From NCBI GenBank assembly GCA_964016885.1, contig CAXHJY010000110.1, forward strand, positions 1 to 64,000: 64,000 bases of DNA, given 5' to 3'. Position 1 is the stretch's first letter. Each line of letters begins with the position of its first letter. The notes beneath the pieces are model-generated. The model was not told the DNA's origin and ran no database searches. It was given only the letters and a program-made list of their open reading frames with translations. Source of the stretch: Eledone cirrhosa (Eukaryota). Below, piece after piece: positions 48,448 through 64,000 of the stretch. The translations under genes were made by a program, and so were the position numbers.

Positions 48448-49904
48448 TATATATATATAATAGGGTTGCATATGAAAGTTTGTGCCATATGTTTAAATGC
48501 AACAAATATATGGGAGCCATGCTATAAAAAAATTTTTTTTCTTTTGCTCTGTGAACAGAAGTCACATATCGGTAACAATCGAGAATAACAGACAGTGTTG
48601 TTTCAAGATTCATTAATCTTTCATATGTGACATTCACTCAACTGGTACTAACATGGAAATGGACTAGTATCTATATAGATTTTGCATGATGCACATTTGA
48701 ATAACAAATAGACAACATTGGCTGGAAATGCTCATCTGCATATAGTGTGAACTTGGCTGGTTATATTTACTTGGCAGATGCACTAAGGCAGCGGTGTATA
48801 TGCTTTCATGCTTAACAGTGTCTTTATGCTATTGCCAATATATATATATATATATAGGGGTGGGGGGGATATATGACCTTAGTAGCCACAGCAATCTAAA
48901 CTACCATAGCAAATATATGATCAGAGAAGTGAAACAACTACACAAGAACTCTAGTTGCACAAGTCTGGTAGATATAACAGCCAAAATCCCTCAAATCATG
49001 CACTATTGGTGTTACAAAAAGATGGATAATGTTTTATATTACATTTGCAAAATCTAAAAAACAAACAAAATAAATTGGGTGGTCACTACTGGAATGCCTT
49101 TAATCACACATCTGCCCAATCAGGGCAGAATATTAACAACAGAGGAATATGTGATCAGCAATGCAAGCAAACAATGGTGCCTCAATGATTGCTCAACCTT
49201 CTAGAAACAGCAAACAAATCTCCTAAGATCACATCCTACTTCTCTTTAAAATGAAGAACCTATTGGATAATGTAGCCCTAGATATACAAAAATACAGGAT
49301 TCCTTCATGCTAGAGTTCCATGGGGTAAACTTAGTATGAAAGTAGGGACCTCAAGACACTTTACACTTAGAAAAAAAACATACATGACAAAAACGTACAT
49401 TACTACAAATCCCATAAGTTATAAAATAAATAGGTTGGGTGTCTCAATATGTAAACTAACCGACAAATACTGGTTTTAAAAAAAAAAATCAATGAAGACA
49501 ACCTAGAAATATGACTGATCCCCCCCCCCCACCACCACCAACTTATTCCACCCACACCACCTATCATTTGGGACGCCAAAGAGTACCAGCCAGTGTATCA
49601 CAGTGATAGGAAAAGATAACATGAGGTCTCTACTACCAAGCATTATAAATGGATTTTGTTTGTTTTGTGGGTTGAGTTAGTCAGATGAAGTTACAACCTT
49701 GACCTTCACAGGCACTTCAAAACAGGTGAGATTGATTCAGTTGATATACACAGTTTGATCATCTGTAAAATGATGAATGCAGGAAAAATGTGGGTAAGGA
49801 AGTAATTCCATAGTGCTGACATTCTAGGGGAGGGGGGGGGGGACTGATGAAAATCTGTTAATGTGGAGGTTGGATAGAAAGACAATATAGTGACATGGTG
49901 AAAG

Positions 49905-49924
49905 AGAGAGAAGAAAGAGGTGTG

Positions 49925-49960
<36 letters not shown>

Positions 49961-51100
49961 TGCAAGAGAGAGAGAGAGAGAGATGGAGTGCAAGAGAGAG
50001 AGAGAGATGGAGTGCAAGAGAGAGAGAGAGATGGAGTGCAAGAGAATGAGAGAGAGATGGAGTGCAAGAGAGAGAGAAAGAGATGGAGTGCAAGAGAGAG
50101 AGAGAGGATGGGGTGCAAGAGAGAGCGAGAGAGAGAGAGATGGAGTGCAAGAGAGAGAGAGAGAGATGGTGTGCAAGAGAGAGAGAGAGAGATGGGGTGC
50201 AAGAGAGTGAGAGAGAGAGAGATGGGGCGCAAGAGAGAGAGAGATGGGGCGCAAGAGAGAGAGATGGAGTGCAAAAGAGAGAGAGAGAGAGAGAGATGTG
50301 GTGCAAGAGAGAGAGATGGAGTGCAAGAGAGAGAGATGGGATGCAAGAGAGAGAGAGAGATGGGGTGCAAGAGAGGGAGAGATGGAGTGCAAGAGAGAGA
50401 GAGATGGAGTGCAAGAGAGAGAGAGATGGAGTGCAAGAGAGAGAGAGATGGAGTGCAAGAGAGAGAGAGAGATGGAGTGCGAGAGAGTGAGAGAGAGAGA
50501 TGGGGTGCTAGAGAGAGAGAGAGAGAGATGGGGTGCAAGAGAGAGAGAGAGATGGGATGCAAGAGAGAGAGAGATGGGGTGCAAGAGAGAGAGAGAGATG
50601 GAGTGCATGAGAGAGAGAGAGAGAGATGGGGTGCAAGAGAGAGAGAGAGATGGGGTGCAAGAGAGAGAGAGAGATGGGGTGCAAGAGAGAGAGAGATGGA
50701 GTGCAAGAGAGAGAGAGATGGAGTGCAAGAGAGAGAGAGAGAGAAATGGAGTGCAAGAGAGAGAGAGATGGAGTGCTAGAGAGAGAGAGAGAGTTGGGTG
50801 CAAGAGAGAGAGAGAGATGGGATGCAAGAGAGAGAGAGATGGGATGCAAGAGAGAGAGAGATGGGGTGCAAGAGAGAGATGGAGTGCATGAGAGAGAGAG
50901 AGATGGGATGCAAGAGAGAGAGAGAGATGGGATGCAAGAGAGAGAGATGGGGTGCAAGAGAGAGAGAGAGAGATGGAGTGCAAGAGAGAGAGAGAGATGG
51001 AGTGCAAGAGAGTGAGAGAGAGATGGAGTGCAAGAGAGAGAGAGATGGAGTGCAAGAGAGTGAGAGATGGAGTGCAAGAGAGAGAGAAAGAGATGGAGTG

Positions 51101-51169
<69 letters not shown>

Positions 51170-51985
51170 TGTAGTGCGAGAGAGAGAGATGGAGTGCAAG
51201 AGAGAGAGAGAGATGGAGTGCAAGAGAGAGAGAGAGATGGTGTGCAAGAGAGAGAGAGAGAGAGAGATGGGGTGCAAGAGAGTGAGAGAGAGAGATGGGG
51301 CGCAAGAGAGTGAGAGAGAGAGATGGGGCGCAAGAGAGAGAGAGAGAGATGGGGCACAAGAGAGAGAGAGAGAGATGGAGTGCAAGAGAGAGAGAGAGAG
51401 ATGGTGTGCAAGAGAGAGAGAGAGATGGGGTGCAAGAGAGTGAGAGAGAGAGATGGGGCGCAAGAGAGAGAGAGATGGGGCGCAAGAGAGAGAGAGATGG
51501 GGTGCAAGAGAGAGAGAGATGGAGTGCAAAAGAGAGAGAGAGAGAGAGAGAGAGAGATGTGGTGCAAGAGAGAGAGATGGGGTGCAAGAGAGAGAGAGAT
51601 GGAGTGCAAGAGAGAGAGATGGGGTGCAAGAGAGAGAGAGATGGGGTGCAAGAGAGAGAGAGAGAGAACATGTGGTGCAAGAGAGAGAGAGAGAGAACAT
51701 GTGGTGCAAGAGAGAGAGAGAGAGATGGGGTGCAAGAGAGTGAGAGAGAGATGGGGTGCAAGAGAGTGAGAGAGAGAATGTGGTGCAAGAGAGAGAGAGA
51801 GAGATGGGGTGCAAGAGAGAGAGAGAGAGATGTGGTGCAAGAGAGAGAGAGAGATGGGGTGAAAGAGAGTGAGAGAGAAAATGGGGTGCAAGAGAGAGAG
51901 AGAGAGAGAGAGTGCAAGAGAGAGAGAGTGCAAGAGAGAGAGAGAAAGAGAGAGAGAGTGCAAGAGAGAGAGAGATGGGGTGAAA
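49905..51985. repeat. ~2.1-kb minisatellite: ATGG(A/G)GTGCAA core alternating with variable (GA)n
   Basis: Direct inspection. Confidence 0.95.
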
Positions 51986-52271
51986 ATAGAAAGAGAGAGC
52001 AGGCGAAAAAAGAGAGATTGAGGGGATGAAAAGGAGAAGAATGACTTGTGTCAGGTGGTCCTGAATAGAAGTCGTGTGTAACCAACTGGTGTGTAACTAA
52101 GTGGTATGCAGCAACCCCAACGATTGAAATTTTAGAGTTCTCTCCCTTGTCTTCAAAAAATTCCCTAAATGTTAATGACATTTTTTTCTCATTATAGGTA
52201 AAATTTCAAATGCTTAAATATTATTTTTGACATTCCATTAAGTATGATAGCCTACAATTAACTAACATAGG

Positions 52272-52304
<33 letters not shown>

Positions 52305-52324
52305 TATATATATATATGTATGTG

Positions 52325-52512
52325 TGTCTAATACACGTGGACATGCCTACAAAATCAGAAAACAACACAACTCCCATGACTTTCGGAAACATTTTTTCAC
52401 GCTTAGAGTTGCTGCAGCATGGAACAAACAGCCTGTGTCAGTTGTTAGCTGCCGAGACACTGCATTCTTTAAAACCCTCATGCTGCGCGAAATTCGCCAA
52501 AATTACACCTGA
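52325..52512 (+). mobile_element. CR1/L2-group LINE 3' end
   Basis: [33 protein letters not shown] is the typical CR1/L2 ORF2 C-terminus; flanked by TA tracts. Confidence 0.8.
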
Positions 52513-52752
52513 TATATACATATATATACATACATATACATATATATATACATATACATATATATATACATATACATATATATATACATATACATATATA
52601 TATACATATACATATATATATACATATACATATATATATACATATACATATATATACATATACATATATATATATATACATATACATATATATATATATA
52701 CATATACATATATATACATATATATATATATACATATATATACATATACATA

Positions 52753-55220
52753 TTAGAGACATTTAACGTAGAAGAGAACTGGGAGTTCTAAAAAATAACT
52801 TACTAGAGGCGACGGATGAGGTTTGTGGCTGGAGTAAGACCTCAAGCAGGAGAAGAGTGACTTGGTGGTGGAACAATAAGGTAGATGAAGCAGTCAAGGC
52901 CAAGAGACAGGCATGGAAAGAATGGAAGAACGGGGGGAGCAGGGTACATTACATAGAGACCAAGAGGGAAGCTAGACGACAAGTATACTTAGCTAGGAGG
53001 GAAGCAGAGGATAGAAAATTCAAGCATGTTTTACAACGTGAGGACCAGAAACAGGAGGTATTCAAGATTGCGAGGCAGTGTGTCAGAGATAGTTGTGATG
53101 TCATTGGAGAGAAGTGTATCCGGAATGATAAAGGTGAGCTTGCCCTCACAAGTGCTGAGAAGAAAGATGCATGGAAGAGTCATTATGATAGATTACTAAA
53201 TGAGGAGAATGCATGGGAAGAAGAGACCCTACCCCATGTAGACCCTATAGAGGGACCAGCAGTACAAGTCAGCGGCAGCGTAGTAAGTAAGGCAATCAGA
53301 GATATGAAGATGGGGAAGGCAACCGGTCCATCGGGTATAGCTGCCGAGATGCTGAAGGCATCTGGGTCTGTAGGTCACACTATAACCACACGTATCGTTA
53401 ACCAGGTAATACTAGAAGGGGCCATACCAAAAGATTGGTGCAGTAGCATCATTGTCAACTGCTACAAAGGTAAAGGCGATGCACTAGATAGAGGAAACTA
53501 TAGAGGTATAAAGTTGATGGACCAGGTCATGAAAGTAACAGAAAGAGTTATAGCACAGCTGATTAGGGACCGGGTGAATATAGACGAGATGCAATTTGGT
53601 TGTACCAGGGAGAGGCACCACTGATGCCCTCTTCCTTGTGAGGCAATTACAGGAAAAGTACCTAGCTAAAAGTAAGCCACTCTACTTGGCATTTGTCGAC
53701 CTTGAGAAAGCCTTTGACAGAGTTCCACGTGCGGTAATCTGGTGGGCTCTTAGAAAACTAGGAGTAGATGAATGGCTTGTGAAAGCGGTACAAGCCATGT
53801 ATAGGGGAGCAGTCAGCAAAGTTAGGATTAGCAATGAGTATAGCGAGGAATTTAGCGTACAGGTTGGGGTCCACCAGGGCTCTGTTCTTAGCCCTTTCCT
53901 GTTCATCATAGTCCTGCAGGCAATAACGGAGGAGTTTAAGACCGGATGCCCATGGGAACTCCTGTATGCTGATGACCTCGCACTCATAGCTGAATCTATG
54001 GTAGAACTAGAGAATAAATTCAAACCTGGAAGCAGGGACTAGCGAGAAAGGGCCTCAAAGTCAACATGACAAAGACTAAGGTCCTTGTAGTAGACGAGAA
54101 AACAGAACCCAGATCCCCTCAGGGAAATGGCCTTGCTCAGTATGTAGGAAAGGTGTAGGTAGGAACTCCATTCTCTGCCCCAAATGCAAACAATGGGTAC
54201 ACAAGAGATGTAGCGGGATCTCAGGAAGCTTAATTAAGAATGTAGGATTCACATGCAGCAGCTGTGCTGAAACAGCAGCAAACAGCCACAGGAAACAAGT
54301 ACCACCAATCTCTGGGAGGGCCCTGTAGAAACAGTAGACAGCTTTTCTGCTACCTAGGTGACCGAATTAGCAACGGAGGTGGGTGCTCAGAAAGTACAAT
54401 AACTAGGGTAAGAACGGGATGGAAGAAGTTTAGGGAACTACTACCACTGCTAGCTGCAAAAGGCTTCTCCCTCAGAATGAAAGGCAGACTGTATGATGCG
54501 TGTATCCGAACAGCGATGTTGCATGGTAGTGAGGCCTGGGCGCTGAAGGTGGATGACTTACGTAGATTAGAGAGAAACGAAGCCTGCATGCTCCGATGGA
54601 TGTGTAACAGTAATATACGTGAACGACAAAGCATAAAGGAATTGAGAGAGAGACTGAGAATAAGAGGAATCAAATGCTGCATGCAGGAGAGGCGGTTACG
54701 CTGGCATGGACATGTGATGCGTATGAAGGATGACAGCTGCATAAAAAGGTGCAGAGCACTAGAAGTTGATGGAAACCGCGGGGTGGGGAGACCCAAGATG
54801 ACTTGGGATGAGGTGATAAAAGCCGACCTTACCCAACTACACCTCTCAAAGTCAATGACACACGACCGTGACTTCTGGCGTCACGCAGTAATACAGGGTA
54901 CCCGACCTCCCATGGGTACATGCTGAAGCATATAAACAATATGCCCCCACTCCCCCCACCGCAAGGTGGTCGTGGAGGTGCCACGGCAAAAAAAGCACCC
55001 AGCCCACACTGTAAAGTGGACGTGTAGGCGCCACGAAAAAGCACCCAGCACTCACTGTAAATGAGGTTGGTGTTAGGAAGGGCATCCAGCTGTAGAAATC
55101 AAGCCAGATCAGTTCCTGTATGAGCAAGGCATGGTCAGCCGACCAGACACTGCCCACAACAGGACAACCCGTCTAACCCATGCTAGCGTGGAAGAACGGA
55201 CGTAAAACGGTGATGATGAT
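52753..55220 (+). mobile_element. RTE LINE family A, 5'-truncated, several frameshifts
   Basis: ORF pieces 52857-53624, 53596-54042 and 54264-54926; (GAT)n tail. Confidence 0.95.
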
Positions 55221-55510
55221 ACATATATATATATATATACATATATACATATACATATATATACATATATATACATATACATATATATACATATACATAC
55301 ATATACATACATATATATATATACATATATATACATATACATATATACATATATATATATACATATACATATATACATATATATATATATACATATATAC
55401 ATATATATATATACATATATATATATATACATATATATACATATACATATATATATATACATATATATATATACATATATATATATATACATATATATAC
55501 ATATATATAT

Positions 55511-58500
55511 AGTTATTTACCATGCGACCCTCAGTTCCTACCCCCCCCCCTCTCTATGCACTTCTTTAAGGCTTACTACCCTGTCTTTAACCTAATTCAT
55601 TCAATCTGAAAATATTGAAGAGATAAGACACTTTCCCATTCTTCTCTGCTAAAATGTACCACTAGAGCTGATTCAAATTTTCCCAGCCAGCCATCCATCT
55701 AATCTACGAAGGTATTTTAGCCTACATATTGTCGTTAATATTATGATGTTCCCTGCTGTATTAGCGTTAAATTTTCCCTGCTGTATTAGCGATAAATTTT
55801 CGAGGGTTTCTCTTAGTAGCTTTTTTCATGACGTTATTATTGTTAATTTTACTGATGTAGTATTAACTTGGATATTTACCATGTGACCCTCAGTTCCGAC
55901 CCTCAGTTCCTACCTCACAATTTCCCTCCCCCCCCCACCCCCACACACCACCATAGTCTATTCGACCAATCAAACCTAGCATGCCATTTCCACTGCTGCT
56001 GCTGCTACTACCTGCCTAACTAACTCTCTCCTCCTCTGGCGCATCCCAACACACCCTGCCATTACCCCACCACCACTGTCCTTCTAGCCCTCAATTTTCC
56101 CACCGTTATGGATGGATGAGCTGGGAATACACGAGCAACTCTGAATCAATAGATGAAATATGAATCTGCGAGCTACCAAGCACCCACGTGAAGCGCCAAC
56201 CCAGAGACCCTCCCCTACGAGTGTCGACAAATGCCCAAAACTCCGAGTTGGTACCATCAATGTAGGCTCAATGAAAGGAAGAGCAGGAGAAATCGTAGAA
56301 ATGCTAGAGCGAAAGGAAGTTGATGTATGCTGTGTGCAAGAGACTAGATGGAGAGGAGGGTCTGCTAGAGTCCTTGTAGGAAAAAGCCAGTGCTACAAAT
56401 TTTTCTGGGTGGGAAATGACGATGGGATGGGTGGTGTAGGTATACTATTAGCTGACAAGTGGGTAGATAAAGTAATCTCAGTGTACAGGGTAAATGCAAG
56501 AATCATTAAACTCAGACTAGTCCTGAATAAGACAATTACCACAATAATATCAGCTTACGCACCCCAATCGGGGCTGCCAGACGAACTTAAGGATAGGTTT
56601 TACGAGTCCCTAATACACACTACTGCTCTAACAGACGACAAGGACTTCCTAATCATTGCAGGAGATTTTAACGGACACGTAGGTAAACACTGCGACGGCT
56701 TCAATAGAGTACATGGAGGCCATGGAGTTGGCACAAGGAATGAGGAAGGATTCAGACTTCTAGAATTCTGCGACGCCAATGACATGTCGATATGTAACAC
56801 AAACTTTAAAAAACCCGACAACCACCTGATCACCTATAGATCAGGGGAGCACTCTAGTCAGTTAGATTTTATCCTCATCAGAGGACGTGACAGATGGACG
56901 GTCGTAAACACAAAAGCCTTCCCTAGTGAGGAATGTACATCCCAACATAGCTTAGTTGTCAGCGACCTCACGGTCAGAACTAGACGAGCCCTGAAACAGA
57001 GGCCAACCTGGAGAAGAAAGATCTGGAAGCTGAAAGTCCCCTCAACCAGTAACAGATTTAAAGATATTTTACTCAACGCCTACGACAGTAAAGAAGAACA
57101 GATAGAGACATTTAACGTAGAAGAGAACTGGGAGTTCCTAAAAAATAACTTACTAGAGGCGACGGATGAGGTTTGTGGCTGGAGTAAGACCTCAAGCAGG
57201 AGGAGAGTGACTTGGTGGTGGAACAATAAGGTAGATGAAGCAGTCAAGGCCAAGAGACAGGCATGGAAAGAATGGAAGAACGGGGGGAGCAGGGTACATT
57301 ACATAGAGACCAAGAGGGAAGCTAGGCGACAAGTATACTTAGCTAGGAGGGAAGCAGAGGATAGAAAATTCAAGCATGTTTTACAACGTGAGGACCAGAA
57401 ACAGGAGGTATTCAAGATTGCGAGGCAGTGTGTCAGAGATAGTTGTGATGTCATTGGAGAGAAGTGTATCCGGAATGATAAAGGTGAGCTTGCCCTCACA
57501 AGTGCTGCGAAGAAAGATGCATGGAAGAGTCATTATGATAGATTACTAAATGAGGAGAATGCATGGGAAGAAGAGACCCTACCCCACGTAGACCCTATAG
57601 AGGGACCAGCAGTACAAGTCAGCGGCAGCGTAGTAAGTAAGGCAATCAGAGATATGAAGATAGGGAAGGCAACCGGTCCATCGGGTATAGCTGCCGAGAT
57701 GCTGAAGGCATCTGGGTCTGTAGGTCACACTATAACCACACGTATCGTTAACCAGGTAATACTAGAGGGGGCCATACCAAAAGATTGGTGCAGTAGCATC
57801 ATTGTCAACTGCTACAAAGGTAAAGGCGATGCACTAGATAGAGGAAACTATAGAGGTATAAAGTTGATGGACCAGGTCATGAAAGTAACAGAAAGAGTTA
57901 TAGCACAGCTGATTAGGGACCGGGTGAATATAGACGAGATGCAATTTGGGTTTGTACCAGGGAAAGGCACCACTGATGCGCTCTTCCTTGTGAGGCAATT
58001 ACAGGAAAAGTACCTAGCTAAAAGTAAGCCACTCTACTTGGCATTTGTCGACCTTGAGAAAGCCTTTGACAGAGTTCCACGTGCAGTAATCTGGTGGGCT
58101 CTTAGAAAACTAGGAGTAGATGAATGGCTTGTGAAAGCGGTACAAGCCATGTATAGGGGAGCAGTCAGCAAAGTTAGGATTGGCAATGAGTATAGCGAGG
58201 AATTTAGCGTACAGGTTGGGGTCCACCAGGGCTCTGTTCTTAGCCCTCTCCTGTTCATCATAGTCCTGCAGGCAATAACGGAGGAGTTTAAGACCGGATG
58301 CCCATGGGAACTCCTGTATGCTGATGACCTCGCACTCATAGCTGAATCTATGGTAGAACTAGAGAATAAATTCCAAACCTGGAAGCAGGGACTAGAGAGA
58401 AAGGGCCTCAAAGTCAACATGACAAAGACTAAGGTCCTTATAAGTAGACGAGAAAACAGAACCCAGATCCCCTCAGGGAAATGGCCTTGCTCAGTATGTA

Positions 58501-59571
58501 GGAAAGGTGTAGGTAGGAACTCCATTCTTTGCCCCAAATGCAAACAATGGGTACACAAGAGATGTAGCGGGATCTCAGGAAGCTTAATTAAGAATGTAGG
58601 ATTCACATGCAGCAGCTGTGCTGAAACAGCAAGCAAACAGCCACAGGAAACAAGTACCACCAATCTCTGGGAGGGCCCTGTAGAAACAGTAGACAGCTTC
58701 TGCTACCTAGGTGACCGAATTAGCAACGGAGGTGGGTGCTCAGAAAGTACAATAACTAGGGTAAGAACGGGATGGAAGAAGTTTAGGGAACTACTACCAC
58801 TGCTAGCTGCAAAAGGCTTCTCCCTCAGAATGAAAGGCAGACTGTATGATGCGTGTATCCGAACAGCGATGCTGCATGGTAGTGAGACCTGGGCGCTGAA
58901 GGTGGAAGACCTACGTAGATTAGAGAGAAACGAAGCCTGCATGCTCCGATGGATGTGTAACAGTAATATACGTGAACGACAAAGCATAAATGAATTGAGA
59001 GAGAGACTGAGCATAAGAGGAATCAAATGCTGCGTGCAGGAGAGGCGGTTACGCTGGTATGGACATGTGATGCGTATGAAGGATGACAGCTGCATAAAAA
59101 GGTGCAGAGCACTAGAAGTTGATGGAAACCGCGGAGTGGGGAGACCCAAGATGACTTGGGATGAGGTGATAAAAGCCGACCTTACCCAACTACACCTCTC
59201 AAAGTCAATGACACACGACCGTGACTTCTGGCGTCACGCAGTAATACAGGGTACCCGACCTCCCATGGGTACATGCTGAAGCACATAAACAATATGCCCC
59301 CCCCCCCCCACCGCAAAGTGGTCGTGGAGGTGCCACGGCAAAAAAGCACCCAGCCCACACTGTAAAGTGGACGTGTAGGCGCCACGAAAAAGCACCCAGC
59401 ACTCACTGTAAATGAGGTTGGTGTTAGGAAGGGCATCCAGCTGTAGAAATCAAGCCAGATCAGTTCCTGTATGAGCAAGGCATGGTCAGCCGACCAGACA
59501 CTGCCCACAACAGGACAACCCGTCTAACCCATGCTAGCGTGGAAGAACGGACGTAAAACGGTGATGATGAT
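55511..59571 (+). mobile_element. RTE LINE family A, essentially full length (~4.06 kb) with intact ORF
   Basis: ~650-bp 5' UTR, single ORF, ~290-bp 3' UTR, (GAT)n tail; (TA/TACA)n on both sides. Confidence 0.97.
56160..59279 (+). CDS. 1039-aa APE endonuclease - reverse transcriptase polyprotein with embedded C4HC3 PHD-type finger
   Basis: GTINVG, VQETRW, SAYAPQ, GDFNGH, LDFIL, SQH (APE); NYRGIKL, FVDLEKAFD, QGSVLSP, YADD, YLG (RT); Cx2Cx10Cx2Cx4Hx2Cx14Cx2C at 58488-58619; RTE C-terminal RRLRWYGHV..GRPK.W. Confidence 0.95.
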   Translation: MNLRATKHPREAPTQRPSPTSVDKCPKLRVGTINVGSMKGRAGEIVEMLERKEVDVCCVQETRWRGGSARVLVGKSQCYKFFWVGNDDGMGGVGILLADKWVDKVISVYRVNARIIKLRLVLNKTITTIISAYAPQSGLPDELKDRFYESLIHTTALTDDKDFLIIAGDFNGHVGKHCDGFNRVHGGHGVGTRNEEGFRLLEFCDANDMSICNTNFKKPDNHLITYRSGEHSSQLDFILIRGRDRWTVVNTKAFPSEECTSQHSLVVSDLTVRTRRALKQRPTWRRKIWKLKVPSTSNRFKDILLNAYDSKEEQIETFNVEENWEFLKNNLLEATDEVCGWSKTSSRRRVTWWWNNKVDEAVKAKRQAWKEWKNGGSRVHYIETKREARRQVYLARREAEDRKFKHVLQREDQKQEVFKIARQCVRDSCDVIGEKCIRNDKGELALTSAAKKDAWKSHYDRLLNEENAWEEETLPHVDPIEGPAVQVSGSVVSKAIRDMKIGKATGPSGIAAEMLKASGSVGHTITTRIVNQVILEGAIPKDWCSSIIVNCYKGKGDALDRGNYRGIKLMDQVMKVTERVIAQLIRDRVNIDEMQFGFVPGKGTTDALFLVRQLQEKYLAKSKPLYLAFVDLEKAFDRVPRAVIWWALRKLGVDEWLVKAVQAMYRGAVSKVRIGNEYSEEFSVQVGVHQGSVLSPLLFIIVLQAITEEFKTGCPWELLYADDLALIAESMVELENKFQTWKQGLERKGLKVNMTKTKVLISRRENRTQIPSGKWPCSVCRKGVGRNSILCPKCKQWVHKRCSGISGSLIKNVGFTCSSCAETASKQPQETSTTNLWEGPVETVDSFCYLGDRISNGGGCSESTITRVRTGWKKFRELLPLLAAKGFSLRMKGRLYDACIRTAMLHGSETWALKVEDLRRLERNEACMLRWMCNSNIRERQSINELRERLSIRGIKCCVQERRLRWYGHVMRMKDDSCIKRCRALEVDGNRGVGRPKMTWDEVIKADLTQLHLSKSMTHDRDFWRHAVIQGTRPPMGTC

Positions 59572-59635
59572 ATATATATATACATATATATACATATATA
59601 TACATATACATATATATATATATACATATATATAC

Positions 59636-59668
<33 letters not shown>

Positions 59669-59893
59669 CATATATATACATATATATACATATACATATA
59701 TATACATATATATATATACATATATATACATATATATACATATACATATATATACATATACATATACATATATATACATATACATATATATATATACATA
59801 TACATACATATATATATATACATACATATATATATACATACATATATATATATATACATACATATATATATACATACATATATATATACATAC

Positions 59894-59930
<37 letters not shown>

Positions 59931-59951
59931 CATACATATATATATACATAC

Positions 59952-59984
<33 letters not shown>

Positions 59985-60005
59985 CATACATATATATATA
60001 CATAC

Positions 60006-60040
<35 letters not shown>

Positions 60041-60070
60041 CATACATATATATATATACATACATATATA
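59572..60070. repeat. (TA)n/(TACA)n microsatellite
   Basis: Direct inspection. Confidence 0.95.
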
Positions 60071-62859
<2,789 letters not shown>

Positions 62860-62946
62860 ATATATACATACATATATACATACATATATACATACATATA
62901 TACATACATATATATATACATACATATATATATATATACATACATA

Positions 62947-62982
<36 letters not shown>

Positions 62983-63039
62983 CGTACATATATATATACA
63001 TACATATATATATATATACATACATATATATATACATAC

Positions 63040-63072
<33 letters not shown>

Positions 63073-63095
63073 CGTACATATATATATATACATAC

Positions 63096-63126
<31 letters not shown>

Positions 63127-63131
63127 CATAC

Positions 63132-63164
<33 letters not shown>

Positions 63165-63169
63165 CATAC

Positions 63170-63202
<33 letters not shown>

Positions 63203-63223
63203 CGTACATATATATATACATAC

Positions 63224-63254
<31 letters not shown>

Positions 63255-63373
63255 CATACATATATATATATATATACATACATATTTATATACATACATA
63301 TATATATATATACATACACATATATACATATATATATATATACATACATATATATATATACATATATATATAT

Positions 63374-63412
<39 letters not shown>

Positions 63413-63424
63413 CATATACATATA

Positions 63425-63460
<36 letters not shown>

Positions 63461-63471
63461 CATATACATAC

Positions 63472-63508
<37 letters not shown>

Positions 63509-63635
63509 CATACATATATATATATATATACATATACATACATATATATATATATACATATATATACATATATATATATATACATACATATATATATATA
63601 CATACATATACATACATATATATATATATATACAT

Positions 63636-63674
<39 letters not shown>

Positions 63675-63711
63675 TAATACATATATATACATATATATAT
63701 ACATATATATA

Positions 63712-63767
<56 letters not shown>

Positions 63768-63777
63768 TATACATATA

Positions 63778-63813
<36 letters not shown>

Positions 63814-63825
63814 AATATATATACA

Positions 63826-63857
<32 letters not shown>

Positions 63858-63915
63858 CATATATATATACATATATATATATATATTACATATATATATA
63901 TATATATAATATATA

Positions 63916-63970
<55 letters not shown>

Positions 63971-64000
63971 CATATATATACATATATATATATATATATA
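62860..64000. repeat. (TA)n/(TACA)n microsatellite, >1.1 kb
   Basis: Direct inspection. Confidence 0.95.

Noticed and set aside
49905-51985. CRISPR-like repeat-spacer array
   Set aside because: The spacers are just (GA)n, the context is eukaryotic and there are no cas genes.
49706-52181. 702-aa and 557-aa Leu/Ser or Arg/Glu ORFs
   Set aside because: They are translations of the GA-rich minisatellite; several frames on both strands are open.

Overview
AT-rich animal genomic DNA. The SINE and RTE repertoire suggests a cephalopod (octopus-like) genome, which is an inference. No host protein-coding gene can be supported. About 47 kb of the 64 kb form two transposon nests (1-35408 and 52272-64000) in which almost every non-microsatellite segment is a retroelement flanked by (TA)n tracts. 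Contents: (1) three related RTE-clade LINE families (called A, B, C here) with (GAT)n tails and a C4HC3 PHD-type finger inside the RT region, including one intact 1039-aa copy at 56160-59279; (2) a BovB-like RTE with three C-terminal C2H2 fingers; (3) a twin-primed RTE 3' fragment; (4) a CR1/L2 3' end; (5) a Penelope-like GIY-YIG element of Naiad type. The least expected signal is a set of type-I hammerhead ribozymes of three unrelated sequence families (3794-3864 minus; 19196-19253 plus; 26809-26863 plus with an inverted twin at 26259-26312), plus a degenerate one in a large palindrome at ~42.8 kb. Three of these lie in non-coding fold-back inserts whose two arms both end, 3' side outward, in (TA)n. 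The middle (35.4-52.3 kb) is older sequence with tRNA-derived SINEs, decayed LINE pieces and a 2-kb GA-rich minisatellite. The many long Ile/Tyr and Arg/Glu ORFs are microsatellite artefacts.
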